This document shows, piece after piece, positions 1-9,344 of a stretch of DNA of 64,000 nt. The notes under the pieces are model-generated. The model ran no database searches and was not told the DNA's origin. It saw only the letters and a list, made by a program, of their open reading frames with translations. Position 1 is the stretch's first letter, and every line of letters starts with the position of its first letter. The position numbers and the translations under genes are program-made. The stretch is from assembly GCA_963744715.1 (NCBI GenBank), contig CAVUUR010000009.1, positions 29,042 to 93,041 of the forward strand, written 5' to 3'. Source of the DNA: an uncultured bacterium (lineage in GTDB: Bacteria; Babelota; Babeliae; Babelales; JACPOV01).

Positions 1-673
1 AAGCATTTTAGGTCCGGCAATGGTTCCTTCTTTAGTAATATGTCCCGTTAAAATAATGGCAATATTATTTTCTTTGGCGAGTCGCATTAATTTAAAACCG
101 GATTCTCGCAATTGCCCTATACTGCCCGGTAATACTTGTGTATTAGTTGAAAAACAATTCTGAATTGAATCGATAACCAGCAAATCAGGTTTATGTTGTT
201 CACTTAACGAAATAATTGATTCAAGTTGTGCTTGATCAGAACAAAGAAAAGGATATTGCAAACATTTAAGTCGTTCAGCACGCAATCGCACTTGTTCGAA
301 TGATTCTTCCGATGAAATATAGAGTACTTTTTTAGTAGATGCTAATTGATGAGCAATTTGTAACAACAACGTTGATTTACCAATGCCCGGATCACCGGTT
401 AATATTAAAAATGAGCCGGTGATAATACCGCCGCCAAGTACTCTATCCCATTCGTCAATGCCGGTGAGCATTCTACTGTGGGGTTGAGGTTTTAACGTTG
501 TAAGTGTTGCGAGTGTATTTTCAACGGGTCGGGATGAAGATGATGAAGACACGAGAGAAGGTGCAACTTTCGCTCACCGTTCCCCATTCTTGGCAGGAAG
601 GGCAATGGCCTACCCATTTAGGTGGACGATAACCACATTGTGCGCAATTAAATTGAATTTTTTGTTTAGCCAT
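1..673 (-). CDS. radA: DNA repair protein RadA/Sms, N-terminal ~220 codons (3' end beyond window edge); one frame break near 560-570
   Basis: Minus-strand translation from ATG at 673 gives MAKQKIQFNCAQCGYRPPKWVGHCPSCQEWGTV (RadA zinc finger). After a 1-nt frame change it continues ...DEWDRVLGGGIITGSFLILTGDPGIGKSTLLLQIA (Walker A)...LTGHITKEGTIAGPKML. It is absent from the ORF track because it runs off the edge and is frame-broken. Confidence 0.9.
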
Positions 674-674
674 A

Positions 675-1277
675 TTAGGTGCTCACGTTTTGATCAATAA
701 TGTGACAATCGCGACATCGAGCTTGATATTGCTCTTGGGCACCAATAAGAATTAAGGGGTCATCGTAACGTGCCGGTTTTCCATTGATAAGCCGTTGCGT
801 AAAATGAGCATCCTTGCCACACGGTAAACAAATAGCTTTTAGTTTAGTTACGTGATCAGCAATTGCCATAAGGGATGGCATACAACCAAACGGATATCCT
901 TTAAAATCGAGATCAAGGCCAGCTACAATAATGCGCTTTCCTGCGTCGATTAATGCACAAATAATAGGAATAATCTCCGGAGAAAAAAATTGTATTTCGT
1001 CGATACCAATAATCTGAACGTTTGAAGTAATATGGGCGTTTAATGCCGAAGGATTATCAGTTAATAAAGCTTGTAATTGCGAACCGTTATGCGATTGAAT
1101 ATGATCAGTTTCAATGCGCGTATCAAGGCTATGTTTAAATACCAGAACCTTAAGTTTTGCAAATTGAGCACGTTTGATGCGTCGAATTAATTCTTCGGAT
1201 TTACCAGAAAACATTGAACCACAAATTACTTCTAACACCCCTTTTGATTTATTATTTAATGTGTCAATCATATGCAT
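675..1277 (-). CDS. tdk: thymidine kinase
   Basis: 200-aa ORF with P-loop GSMFSGKSEEL and C-terminal zinc-binding cysteines (CLPCG...CRDCH), the typical TK1-type thymidine kinase layout. Confidence 0.9.
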   Translation of the reverse strand: MHMIDTLNNKSKGVLEVICGSMFSGKSEELIRRIKRAQFAKLKVLVFKHSLDTRIETDHIQSHNGSQLQALLTDNPSALNAHITSNVQIIGIDEIQFFSPEIIPIICALIDAGKRIIVAGLDLDFKGYPFGCMPSLMAIADHVTKLKAICLPCGKDAHFTQRLINGKPARYDDPLILIGAQEQYQARCRDCHIIDQNVST

Positions 1278-1427
1278 TCTTTCATACTAACTAAGCTCAT
1301 TATGAAAATATTATTTTTTTGTTATAGTAATTTTTTTTTTTGTTTAGAATAGATAATCAATTATTATACCTAAAAATTGCATGATGTATAAAAAATTAAT
1401 ATTAAAGTCTGATTGGTGTGTAACGTT

Positions 1428-2716
1428 ATGAATACTATTGTTGAGCATGAAGCTTCGTGTATCTCGATTGATCAATCATTAGGATTGCAGGGAGAAGTAT
1501 CGTTAAGTGGTGCTAAAAATGCTGTTTTGGTTATTATGGCATCATTAATTTTAACGGAAGGAAAATCTGTTTTAAAAAATGTTCCTAATTCAGTTGATGT
1601 ACAGCAAATGATATCCGTTCTGCAACATTTGGGAGCATCGGTTGTTTTTTTTCCAGAAAAAAATCTTCTTGAAATTGATACTACGCTTATTAGAAGTTAT
1701 CACGTTTCGCCTGAAATTATGAGAAAAATGAGGGCATCGGTATTAGTAATGGGCCCGCTGCTTGCCCGTTTTTCTAACGTTGAAATAGCATTGCCCGGCG
1801 GATGCCTGATCGGTGAACGGCCGATCGATTTTCATATTAAAAATTTTACAAAAATGGGCGTCGTCTGTGACGTTGAAGGTAATGTGTTACGAGCTCGTGT
1901 TGCTACACTCAAGCCGACGCGGTTAGTATTAGAATATCCAAGCGTTGGTGCAACGGAAAATATACTTATGGCGGCAACGTTAACCAAAGGGATTACGCGC
2001 ATTGTTAATGCAGCGCTTGAGCCGGAAGTTCTTGACTTAATTGTCGTATTAAAAAAAATGGGAGCGCGCATAGAAATTATTTCCCCGTCCAGCATTGAAA
2101 TAGAGGGGGTTTCTTTTTGAAACCAATCGAACATACCGTTATGGTTGATCGTTTAGAAGCAGGATCGTTATTATTAGCGGCTGCGATAACGGGAGGATCT
2201 ATTTCATTACCGAATGCTTCTGCGCATGATTTGGATGTTTTTTTGTTAAAATTAGAAGAAATGGGGCACAGCATTGAACGGGGGATAGATGGTTGCGGTA
2301 TTACGCTGAAAGCTACCAAAAATCCTCAAGCCATCGCATTGCGAACCTCTCCTTATCCGGGTTTCCCGACCGACTTGCAAGCGCCAATGATGGCCGCATT
2401 ATGTTTGGCTTCGGGAAAAAGTATTATTCACGAAACGGTATTTGAAAATAGATTTTTACACGTTCGTGAATTACAAAAAATGGGAGCACAAATTAGGGTT
2501 GAAGGCAATTACGCCTTTGTTACGGGCGTAGAACATCTTTATGGGGCGCCGGTTATTGCTACCGATATTCGTGCATCATGTGCGTTGGTCGTTGCTGGTT
2601 TAGCCGGACAAGGAACAACCACTATTGCTGGCGTTTCTCATTGGAAAAGAGGATATGAAGCGCTTGAAAAAAAGTTGAAATCGTTAGGTGCGCACATCGA
2701 TATTAAAGACCGCTGA
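1428..2716 (+). CDS. murA: UDP-N-acetylglucosamine 1-carboxyvinyltransferase, frameshifted as given
   Basis: ORFs 1413-2120 and 2117-2716 are the N and C halves of MurA (LSGAKNAVL, active-site PGGCLIGERPID, C-terminal HWKRGYEALEKKL). ATG at 1428. The frame breaks at the G5/T5 runs at 2105-2118. Confidence 0.9.
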
Positions 2717-3545
2717 TCAAATCGGTTAATTCTCGCGTAATATTGGTTTGGCGTGTTTTATTATATTCTAATTTCATGGCATCCAAAAGATTTGAGGCAT
2801 TTTTAGTAGAATTATCCATGGCAATAAAGCGTGCTGCTTGTTCGGCAATTAATGAGGTTAAACAAGCTTCTTGAATAGTTGTTTGGATCGTTGAACGAAT
2901 AAGAACCGTTATTATTTCCGATGGATTGTGTTCCCAGTGGTATTCTTCAACTTCTTGATTATCTTGTTGCCCTATATCAATAAAAGGAATAACCGTAACA
3001 ATTTGTGGTTTTTGTGCAAAAAATGTTTTTGGATAATTATAATAAAGATGAACTGAGCGATACGGTTGCTTAGCGTTTATTATATGATCAGTTATTTTCT
3101 TTGCTATATTCATGATGGTATTAGTAGTAAACACTTGAAATTGAAGTACTACCGTGCCATAGTGATGCTCAATTAAATCAACCGTTTTTTTGCCTATGGG
3201 AATAATATGCAACGATTGTTTATCAATATTTTTGGTGTGCTGCGCAAAGAGCGATAAAGCATTCATAGTAAAATTGCCGCAAAGGCCTTTTTGCGAACCA
3301 ATAACAATGGCTAAGGCCGGGGCAGTATCGTCGGAAGGATAGGCGATAGGATTTTTTTCATAAGGAGCTAGGGTCGTTATTTTCTTTAATAATTGAAGCA
3401 TAGCATGCTGATATTCCTTAAGGGTAACACCGGAAGTTCGAAACTTATTATGTTTTGCCATTGATATAAGGCGCATAGCATGCGTTACTTTTTTAATAGT
3501 TTCTATCGATTTTATACGTTGTCGCATTTGTACGAGTTCAGACAC
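2703..3545 (-). CDS. atpG: F-type ATP synthase gamma subunit
   Basis: 280-aa ORF. The N-terminus RQRIKSIETIKKVTHAMRLISMAK and C-terminus EQAARFIAMDNSTKNASNLLDAMKLEYNKTRQTNITRELTDLISG match the conserved gamma-chain termini. No other atp genes flank it. Confidence 0.85.
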   Translation of the reverse strand: MSELVQMRQRIKSIETIKKVTHAMRLISMAKHNKFRTSGVTLKEYQHAMLQLLKKITTLAPYEKNPIAYPSDDTAPALAIVIGSQKGLCGNFTMNALSLFAQHTKNIDKQSLHIIPIGKKTVDLIEHHYGTVVLQFQVFTTNTIMNIAKKITDHIINAKQPYRSVHLYYNYPKTFFAQKPQIVTVIPFIDIGQQDNQEVEEYHWEHNPSEIITVLIRSTIQTTIQEACLTSLIAEQAARFIAMDNSTKNASNLLDAMKLEYNKTRQTNITRELTDLISGL

Positions 3546-3730
3546 GGCAATTCCTTTATCACAAGTTTACAAAGTAACGAGTATAGTTAATCATACCTTA
3601 TCTCAGTATAGCATTATTATAAAAATTAGATGATATTTTATTGTATAACGAATATTATGTTATTCTTTCTATACATTGTATTAGTATAATGACCAATAAT
3701 GTATTTTTTTAACCTATTACTGCTTTCGCT

Positions 3731-4303
3731 ATGATATTAATTATTGATGGTTATAATTTGCTCAAGAATGTTTTAAAAACTGAGTTTATTACGCAATCTC
3801 AACGAGATGAGTATATCAACGTATTAAATGCGTACGCTCAAAAGAAAAAACATTCGGTGATACTGGTATTTGATGGTGGCAATTATGATAGACCAATCAA
3901 AGAAAAAGCAGGTAATTGTACTATTGTTTACACCGGTCAGCATCAAAGTGCCGATGATTATATTAAACAGTACGCTGCAACAGCAATTCCTAGCCAAAAT
4001 ATTGTGGTTTCATCAGATCGAGCATTAAAAAATTATGTGCATCGCTATGATATCATGACGCTTGATGTTCCCGATTTCTACGCATTGCTGCAAGAGGCTT
4101 TGCAGAAGAAAGATGATCGAGCAACTCCCACAAAAATTGAAAAATTATCACAAGAAGAAAATGATGAGCTCGATAGGATAATGTTTGCATCAACTAAGGT
4201 AATGCTAAAAAAAGAGGATGAACAGGAAAAAAGTAGAGAAAGTCTAGGGCGCACGTTAAAGAAACATAAGAGAAAAATAGTACAAAAAATCAAAAAACTA
4301 TAG
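3731..4303 (+). CDS. NYN-domain RNase, YacP/Rae1-like
   Basis: MILIIDGYNLL...VILVFDGG...SADDYIK...VVSSDRAL parallels B. subtilis YacP (LLVDGYN, VVFD, TADERIE, TSD), followed by a basic C-terminal tail. Confidence 0.7.
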   Translation: MILIIDGYNLLKNVLKTEFITQSQRDEYINVLNAYAQKKKHSVILVFDGGNYDRPIKEKAGNCTIVYTGQHQSADDYIKQYAATAIPSQNIVVSSDRALKNYVHRYDIMTLDVPDFYALLQEALQKKDDRATPTKIEKLSQEENDELDRIMFASTKVMLKKEDEQEKSRESLGRTLKKHKRKIVQKIKKL

Positions 4304-4309
4304 AAAACT

Positions 4310-4759
4310 ATGCTAAAAAAAGAACTTATTTTTTCTAGACACGAAATTTCTGATGTTGTTGCATTATTGAGTAAAAAACTTTCAATCTGCAGTGTAATGA
4401 CCTTTACAGGCCCCCTCGGTGCAGGAAAAACAACCCTGATTAGCCATTTATTAAAAGAATGTGGTGTTAATGAGCCAATAACGAGCCCTACTTTTAACTA
4501 TGTAAATGTATATGAAAATACAAAAGGTGAGCTTTTTTATCATTTTGATTTATATCGCGTTGCTTTTCTTGATCAATTTATTAACGCCGGCTTTAATGAA
4601 TTTTTGTATGCCAAAAATAGTTGGGCTTTGATCGAATGGCCAGAGGTGATCATGCCACTGCTCACGCATGATGTCTGTTCAGTTACTATTGATTATGCCG
4701 AGCATGAAAAACGGCGTGTGCACATAGTATCGATGCCCAAAAAAGTAAGAAGTGGTTGA
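4310..4759 (+). CDS. tsaE: tRNA t6A37 biosynthesis ATPase TsaE (YjeE)
   Basis: 149 aa with the P-loop GPLGAGKTTLISHLL followed by SPTFNYVNVYE and HFDLYR, the signature of the TsaE family. Confidence 0.85.
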   Translation: MLKKELIFSRHEISDVVALLSKKLSICSVMTFTGPLGAGKTTLISHLLKECGVNEPITSPTFNYVNVYENTKGELFYHFDLYRVAFLDQFINAGFNEFLYAKNSWALIEWPEVIMPLLTHDVCSVTIDYAEHEKRRVHIVSMPKKVRSG

Positions 4760-4782
4760 AAAGGGGATTTAGGAAATACAGA

Positions 4783-4805
4783 GAGCCCACTTTTTACATG
4801 GGCTC
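4783..4805. terminator. hairpin between convergent tsaE and the 4824-5411 gene
   Basis: GAGCCCA (4783-4789) pairs with TGGGCTC (4799-4805) across a 9-nt loop. No clear U-tract on either strand. Confidence 0.3.
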
Positions 4806-4823
4806 CCGCCAATATTTTAAATA

Positions 4824-5411
4824 TTATGAAATATATTTTCTTTTAGCGAAACGTTGTCGGTGAGTTATATATTCGAGTACTTCATCAATTGCATCTATCT
4901 TTTTTTGTATAGGTTTATTTTTATCGTCTATGCGGCTGCACAGGTCCTGAGCTTTGTTAGCCATTTGACCCAATAATGCTGCTACTCCAACCACACCTAA
5001 TGCTCCACAGGTGATTGCAAGTTTATGACGATCAGCAATTACAAGTAATTCAGAGTCAACAACACATGGGATTATTAGAGGTGCCACCATAAGTGCTCCC
5101 AAACCTATTTTTACTGTACTATCGAATAAAGTAAGCAAGAAAGGAAATGCTTTTTGTTTTTGTATGCATAATTCTTCTTTGCATAGATTAAGTTGTTCTT
5201 GAAGAGCTTTTATCTGGTCATTTGATCCATTATTAATATTTTCATTAATAAATGTTATAAGTTTGTTTCCGTCGTTCCAGTTCCAGTATGAGCGTTCATT
5301 AATATAATTTTTTATCATCGCTGGTAGATCAGGGGAAGAAATTGCTTGAGCAAAACAGGGCACTATGCCTAATAATGCGGTGGCAATAAGTTTGAATTGA
5401 CGTATGTTCAT
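4824..5411 (-). CDS. hypothetical secreted/membrane protein (signal peptide, coiled coil, hydrophobic C-terminal half)
   Basis: ORF 4824-5423. The ATG at 5411 has GGAG 7 nt upstream. Signal-like N-terminus MNIRQFKLIATALLGIVPCFAQA and a hydrophobic stretch GLGALMVAPLIIPCVV. No family recognised. Confidence 0.5.
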   Translation of the reverse strand: MNIRQFKLIATALLGIVPCFAQAISSPDLPAMIKNYINERSYWNWNDGNKLITFINENINNGSNDQIKALQEQLNLCKEELCIQKQKAFPFLLTLFDSTVKIGLGALMVAPLIIPCVVDSELLVIADRHKLAITCGALGVVGVAALLGQMANKAQDLCSRIDDKNKPIQKKIDAIDEVLEYITHRQRFAKRKYIS

Positions 5412-5547
5412 AAAAAACTCCATTTCATAGGTATATTTATCTGTTTAAGTATTTATAATTATATATAAATTTAAATAATTGTCAAATTGAAGATAAATAT
5501 ACTGATTGAAGCTATTTTTATATGGAAAAAAATTAAAAAATATTCAG

Positions 5548-5580
5548 TTGACAATTAATTTGGTTATGTTATTCTATAAA
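5548..5580 (+). promoter_or_regulatory. candidate sigma70-type promoter for the 5619 gene pair
   Basis: TTGACA (5548-5553), 16-nt spacer, TATTCT (5570-5575), with TATAAA just after. It lies about 40 nt upstream of the start codon. Confidence 0.35.
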
Positions 5581-5618
5581 ATGTTAGAAAAAAACCTTAA
5601 AATAGATGGAGTAAATCA

Positions 5619-6152
5619 ATGAAAAAGGTATTAATATTAGCATTGTCTTTATCGACAGGCCCATTGTTAGCTGGATGGCAAGATAACGTAAATACATGGT
5701 TCGCCAATAGTAAAGGTACTATTAGCTCTCTGCTATCTAAGTGTGCTAGTGGGTATACTAATCAGGTTAAACCGACTGCTCAAGGATTGTGGCAGCAGGC
5801 AGAACCCTATAAGTACTATATAGCAGGAGCTGGTGCGGCTCTTGGTATGGGGTATTTGGTATATAACAAATTTATAAGATCATTATCATTGTCAGAATGG
5901 GAAACGGATGAACTGAAAAGATTCCGTGACTTGTGCAACGCAAAACAAGAGGGCGTAACAACACATACTCATGAAGCGGTAAACAGGTTCAATAGAGATG
6001 GAAACAGTATAGTAGTTAGGCTATTCTTTAATTCAGAAAATAATACTGTTATTAAGGAAGTTACTGCTGCTAATGGCGTGTCCTTAGAACATTTAAAAAG
6101 CACAATAGATGGCTTTGAAAATATAATCAATACGAAATGTGGAATACATTAA
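5619..6152 (+). CDS. hypothetical secreted/membrane-anchored protein, paralog A
   Basis: Signal peptide MKKVLILALSLSTGPLLAG, a conserved module WQDNVNTWFANSKGT...GLWQQAEPYKYYIAGAG (TM-like), then a divergent ~85-aa C-terminus. Confidence 0.6.
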   Translation: MKKVLILALSLSTGPLLAGWQDNVNTWFANSKGTISSLLSKCASGYTNQVKPTAQGLWQQAEPYKYYIAGAGAALGMGYLVYNKFIRSLSLSEWETDELKRFRDLCNAKQEGVTTHTHEAVNRFNRDGNSIVVRLFFNSENNTVIKEVTAANGVSLEHLKSTIDGFENIINTKCGIH

Positions 6153-6664
6153 TGAAAAAAATGTTAACATTAGCACTATCGTTGGCGACAGTTTCAGTAT
6201 CGTTAGCTGGATGGCAGGATAACGTAAATACATGGTTCGCCAATAGTAAAGGTACCGTTAGCTCTCTGCTAGCTAAATGTGCCAATAGTTTAGGTAGTTA
6301 CAATGATCAGATTAAACCCACTGCGCAAGGATTGTGGCAACAGGCAGAACCATATAAATATTACATAGCAGGAGCTGCTGTGCTTGGTATTGGGTACTTC
6401 ATGTATAAAAGCTGTTTTATATCACTGGCAGAATGGCAAGACGCTGAAGTTAAAAAATTCCGTGACTTGTACGAGAAGTGTAAAAATGGCACAGTGAAAT
6501 ATCTAGATTATGTGCATGAAGGTGAAAAGGTAAAGAGTTTCAGTAGGGATGGTCGTACCATAGTGGCTACGCTGTCTTTTAACGTATCAAATAATTTTTT
6601 TACTAGAAAAATCGTCGATGTTAAATCTGGGAAAGTTTTAAGCGATGAGAAGATAAATTTATAA
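6152..6664 (+). CDS. hypothetical secreted/membrane-anchored protein, paralog B
   Basis: The start ATG overlaps the paralog A stop (TAATG). MKKMLTLALSLATVSVSLAGWQDNVNTWFANSKGT... is about 90% nt-identical to paralog A over the N-terminal module. The C-terminus differs. Confidence 0.6.
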   Translation: MKKMLTLALSLATVSVSLAGWQDNVNTWFANSKGTVSSLLAKCANSLGSYNDQIKPTAQGLWQQAEPYKYYIAGAAVLGIGYFMYKSCFISLAEWQDAEVKKFRDLYEKCKNGTVKYLDYVHEGEKVKSFSRDGRTIVATLSFNVSNNFFTRKIVDVKSGKVLSDEKINL

Positions 6665-6688
6665 ATAGATTCTTCAATAAATAAGAGA

Positions 6689-6715
6689 AGGAGGGGGGAA
6701 TACCCTCCTTTTTTG
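6689..6715 (+). terminator. rho-independent terminator after paralog B
   Basis: AGGAGGG (6689-6695) pairs with CCCTCCT (6703-6709) across a 7-nt loop, followed by a T-run. Confidence 0.65.
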
Positions 6716-6810
6716 TGTTCTTTTTTTGCATAGTTTTTACTATTGGCGAGGCTATTGCGTAAAAGAAATTGTTGAACTGACTGCATGCAATGTAAGATGC
6801 ATGAATCGTG

Positions 6811-7269
6811 CTATTGAGATTTTTTTTCAAGCATGGTGATTTGTCGGTTAATCGGTTCTAATTGTTTTTTGGTGGCGTCTCTAATATTTTTTTGAATTTC
6901 GCGTAACCTTTTTTCAAGCATTGGCAATGTTATGTGATCTTTGGTCATTGCATTATTTTTAATAGTTTCTATTTGTTGCTGTACTATTTCAATACTCTGC
7001 TTATTGCCTACAGGATCTTTAAGTAGTTCACGTAATTGTTGTTGGAGGGGTATTAGTTGAGGTCTTATTGATTCTAATAGTTGTAGTATAATGGTTTGAA
7101 GTTCTTTTAATCCGTATTCTTTTTTCATAGTTTCAATAATTGACTGTTTTTGTTCATATAATTTTTGCAAAGGTTTTTCTGGTGATACATTTTGTTGTAG
7201 CGTTTGTGCGGAATGCATAATGGATGGTGCAATGAATAACAATAGCCACGTACTGAATACTTTTTTCAT
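6811..7269 (-). CDS. hypothetical secreted coiled-coil protein
   Basis: 152 aa with signal peptide MKKVFSTWLLLFIAPSIMHSA, followed by a Q/E/K-rich heptad-like sequence. The size and architecture recall periplasmic chaperones such as Skp or Spy, but there is no motif support. Confidence 0.45.
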   Translation of the reverse strand: MKKVFSTWLLLFIAPSIMHSAQTLQQNVSPEKPLQKLYEQKQSIIETMKKEYGLKELQTIILQLLESIRPQLIPLQQQLRELLKDPVGNKQSIEIVQQQIETIKNNAMTKDHITLPMLEKRLREIQKNIRDATKKQLEPINRQITMLEKKSQ

Positions 7270-7444
7270 AGCTATTTCCTTTTTTTGTTAGCTTCATAAT
7301 TATCTTTTATGATTATTGTGCCAACATTGTAGCTCAAAAGTCAATTATTGACAAAAAGATAATAAATTTTCAAGAGGGGCACTCAATTAATGGTGTCGGT
7401 GATGGTGCAATAATTAGTTAAAAATGAGCAACGTTACTATTACC

Positions 7445-7903
7445 TTATTTTTTGCCAGGATTTATATACTTTAAAGCAAATTCATAATTATCTTTATCGT
7501 AAAAAGTTCCCGTTGAAAGATCTACGGCGCCACCTATATAACTGGTACCAAATTTAGTTGCTATTATTTTTAAGTTTCCGCCGATTGGCATTGTTCCTGT
7601 AACGATAGGTTGTGATGTATTCCATGCTGGATGATTGTTGAGAATAGGATACGCCCAAAACATAACTCTATCTATGCCATATTTATTACGAATTTCATTC
7701 GCGTCCCATTCGCCTTTTTCGCCTGGTTGCAATTGATAACTGGTTATATTATACCAGTTATTAGCGACAGCCTTACCTTCTTTAGTAATGCCAATTAGTA
7801 GTGGTACAGTACCGGTGTTTTTAACGACATATGCATTCACATGCAATTGCTGCAATAAGCACACTAAAAGAATGGTAATTAACCTATTTGCTAGTTTTAT
7901 CAT
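7445..7903 (-). CDS. secreted protein, tandem family member 1 of 3
   Basis: 152 aa with a signal peptide ending HVNA-Y. Shares VKNTG.(V/I)PLLIGIT..., W(A/I)(Y/F)PI(L/I)NNHP.WN..QPIVTGTMPI.GNLKI.ATK.G..YIGGAVDLSTGTFYDK with the next two genes. Confidence 0.6.
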   Translation of the reverse strand: MIKLANRLITILLVCLLQQLHVNAYVVKNTGTVPLLIGITKEGKAVANNWYNITSYQLQPGEKGEWDANEIRNKYGIDRVMFWAYPILNNHPAWNTSQPIVTGTMPIGGNLKIIATKFGTSYIGGAVDLSTGTFYDKDNYEFALKYINPGKK

Positions 7904-8058
7904 TTAAAACCCCTTTGTTTTAAGTTTTTTATCATAAAGCAATAGAAACTTAGATATCTATCCTTTCTAATAGTAACAAAAATGAGTTTTTAATTGCAAT
8001 ATTTATAGAGATAATTTATTTTGAATAATCCAAATTTTGAATAACGATTATTGGTAGG

Positions 8059-8520
8059 TTATTTTTTACCCTCGGTGCTTTTAATATGCGTTAAAGCGCG
8101 TTCATAATTTGGCTTATCGTAAAAAGTTCCTGTTGAAAGATCCACGGCGCCGCCAATGTAGTGTTCACCAGATTTAGTTGCGGTTATTTTTAAGTTTGCA
8201 TTGACGGGTATTAATCCATTAAAAATCAGGGGATAATCCCATCGACTTCTTATATTTTTAAGAATAGGAGATACCCAAAACGCTATTTTTTGTTTGTTGT
8301 ATTTTTTTCGAAATTCATTTTCATTCCATGCCGCTTCCTGACCGGGTTGCAATTCATAATAAGCTACACTATACCATGCGTTAGGACGAGCTTCTAAAGC
8401 TAATGTTATGGAAACTAATAGTGGTATATTACCGGCGTTTTTAACAGTATATGCATTCATATTGAGTTGCTGGAATAAGCATAGTACTAAAAGTATAAAA
8501 ATTACTTTGTTTGTTAGCAT
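8059..8520 (-). CDS. secreted protein, tandem family member 2 of 3
   Basis: 153 aa. The C-terminus GEHYIGGAVDLSTGTFYDKPNYERALTHIKSTEGKK is nearly identical to member 3. The 3' ~110 nt are about 88% identical at DNA level. Confidence 0.6.
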   Translation of the reverse strand: MLTNKVIFILLVLCLFQQLNMNAYTVKNAGNIPLLVSITLALEARPNAWYSVAYYELQPGQEAAWNENEFRKKYNKQKIAFWVSPILKNIRSRWDYPLIFNGLIPVNANLKITATKSGEHYIGGAVDLSTGTFYDKPNYERALTHIKSTEGKK

Positions 8521-8551
8521 AAAAAGATCCTTTTTACAGTGTATTAAAGAA

Positions 8552-9019
8552 TTATTTTTTGCCTTCGGTACTTTTAAGGTGCGTTAAAGCGCGTTCATAA
8601 TCTGTTTTGTCATAAAAGGTTCCTGTTGAAAGATCTACAGCGCCGCCTATATACTGTTCACCAGATTTAGTTGCGGTTATTTTTAAGTTTCCGCTGATGG
8701 GCATTGTTCCTGTAACAATAGGCTGTACTTGATTCCATCGTGGATGATTGTTGATGATAGGAAATATCCAGAACGTTATCTTTTCTATGCCGTAGTTATT
8801 GCGAATTTCATTCTGATCTAATTCCGCTTTTTGCCCAGATTTTAATTGATAGGAAGCTATATTCGTTGCATTACTAACACGATCTTGGGGGCCTTTAGTT
8901 ATGCCAATTAATAGTGGTATACTGCCCGTATTTTTAATAGTATATGCATGTATGTGCAATGGTTGAAATAAAGCGATTATGAAAAGCATGAAGACTAATT
9001 TATTTACTAGCATTGGCAT
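8552..9019 (-). CDS. secreted protein, tandem family member 3 of 3
   Basis: 155 aa, lying 31 nt upstream of member 2 and so probably co-transcribed. Same domain as members 1 and 2. Confidence 0.6.
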   Translation of the reverse strand: MPMLVNKLVFMLFIIALFQPLHIHAYTIKNTGSIPLLIGITKGPQDRVSNATNIASYQLKSGQKAELDQNEIRNNYGIEKITFWIFPIINNHPRWNQVQPIVTGTMPISGNLKITATKSGEQYIGGAVDLSTGTFYDKTDYERALTHLKSTEGKK

Positions 9020-9261
9020 AAAAATCCTTTTTTGTTTTTTTACTATTCAAAAGCAGAAAAATTTATGATAGTTTCCCTATAATAATAGCAAATAATATAT
9101 TCAAATATCAATATTTATGGAATTATTTATAGCGATTTTTGTATAAGTTAACGTATGATACCTTAGTATTTTTTAAAAAAATCTAATACAGCGGGTTTTT
9201 TTATTATTTTTTATAAAAAAAGCAATAATAGTTGAAATTGATACAAAAGCTAAAGAAATAG

Positions 9262-9290
9262 TTGAAATCCTAGAAGAAAAACAATATTAT
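9262..9290 (+). promoter_or_regulatory. candidate promoter of the tRNA cluster
   Basis: TTGAAA (9262-9267), 17-nt spacer, TATTAT (9285-9290), about 55 nt upstream of tRNA-Tyr. The motif TAGTTGAAAT occurs twice (about 9232 and 9260). Confidence 0.4.
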
Positions 9291-9344
9291 ATTCTAATCA
9301 TTGTGCTTAAAACCATAATGAAATGTAGTGAAATACATTAGTGT

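Noticed and set aside
1832-2319. Antisense or overlapping ORFs inside well-supported genes, e.g. 1832-2134, 2077-2319, 4078-4293, 10862-11062, 11552-11773, 15338-15968, 16094-16733, 19559-20151, 22303-22622, 24104-24797, 27027-27260, 32458-32655, 33895-34095, 35413-35640, 40609-41013, 41969-42316, 43216-43560, 48438-48873, 49168-50022, 50224-51055, 51283-51987, 52810-53002, 56456-56755, 57425-57655 and 59545-60349
   Set aside because: Each lies within, and usually antisense to, a longer ORF with clear homology or paralogy. Their translations are low-complexity with no motifs. They are typical shadow ORFs of AT-rich DNA.
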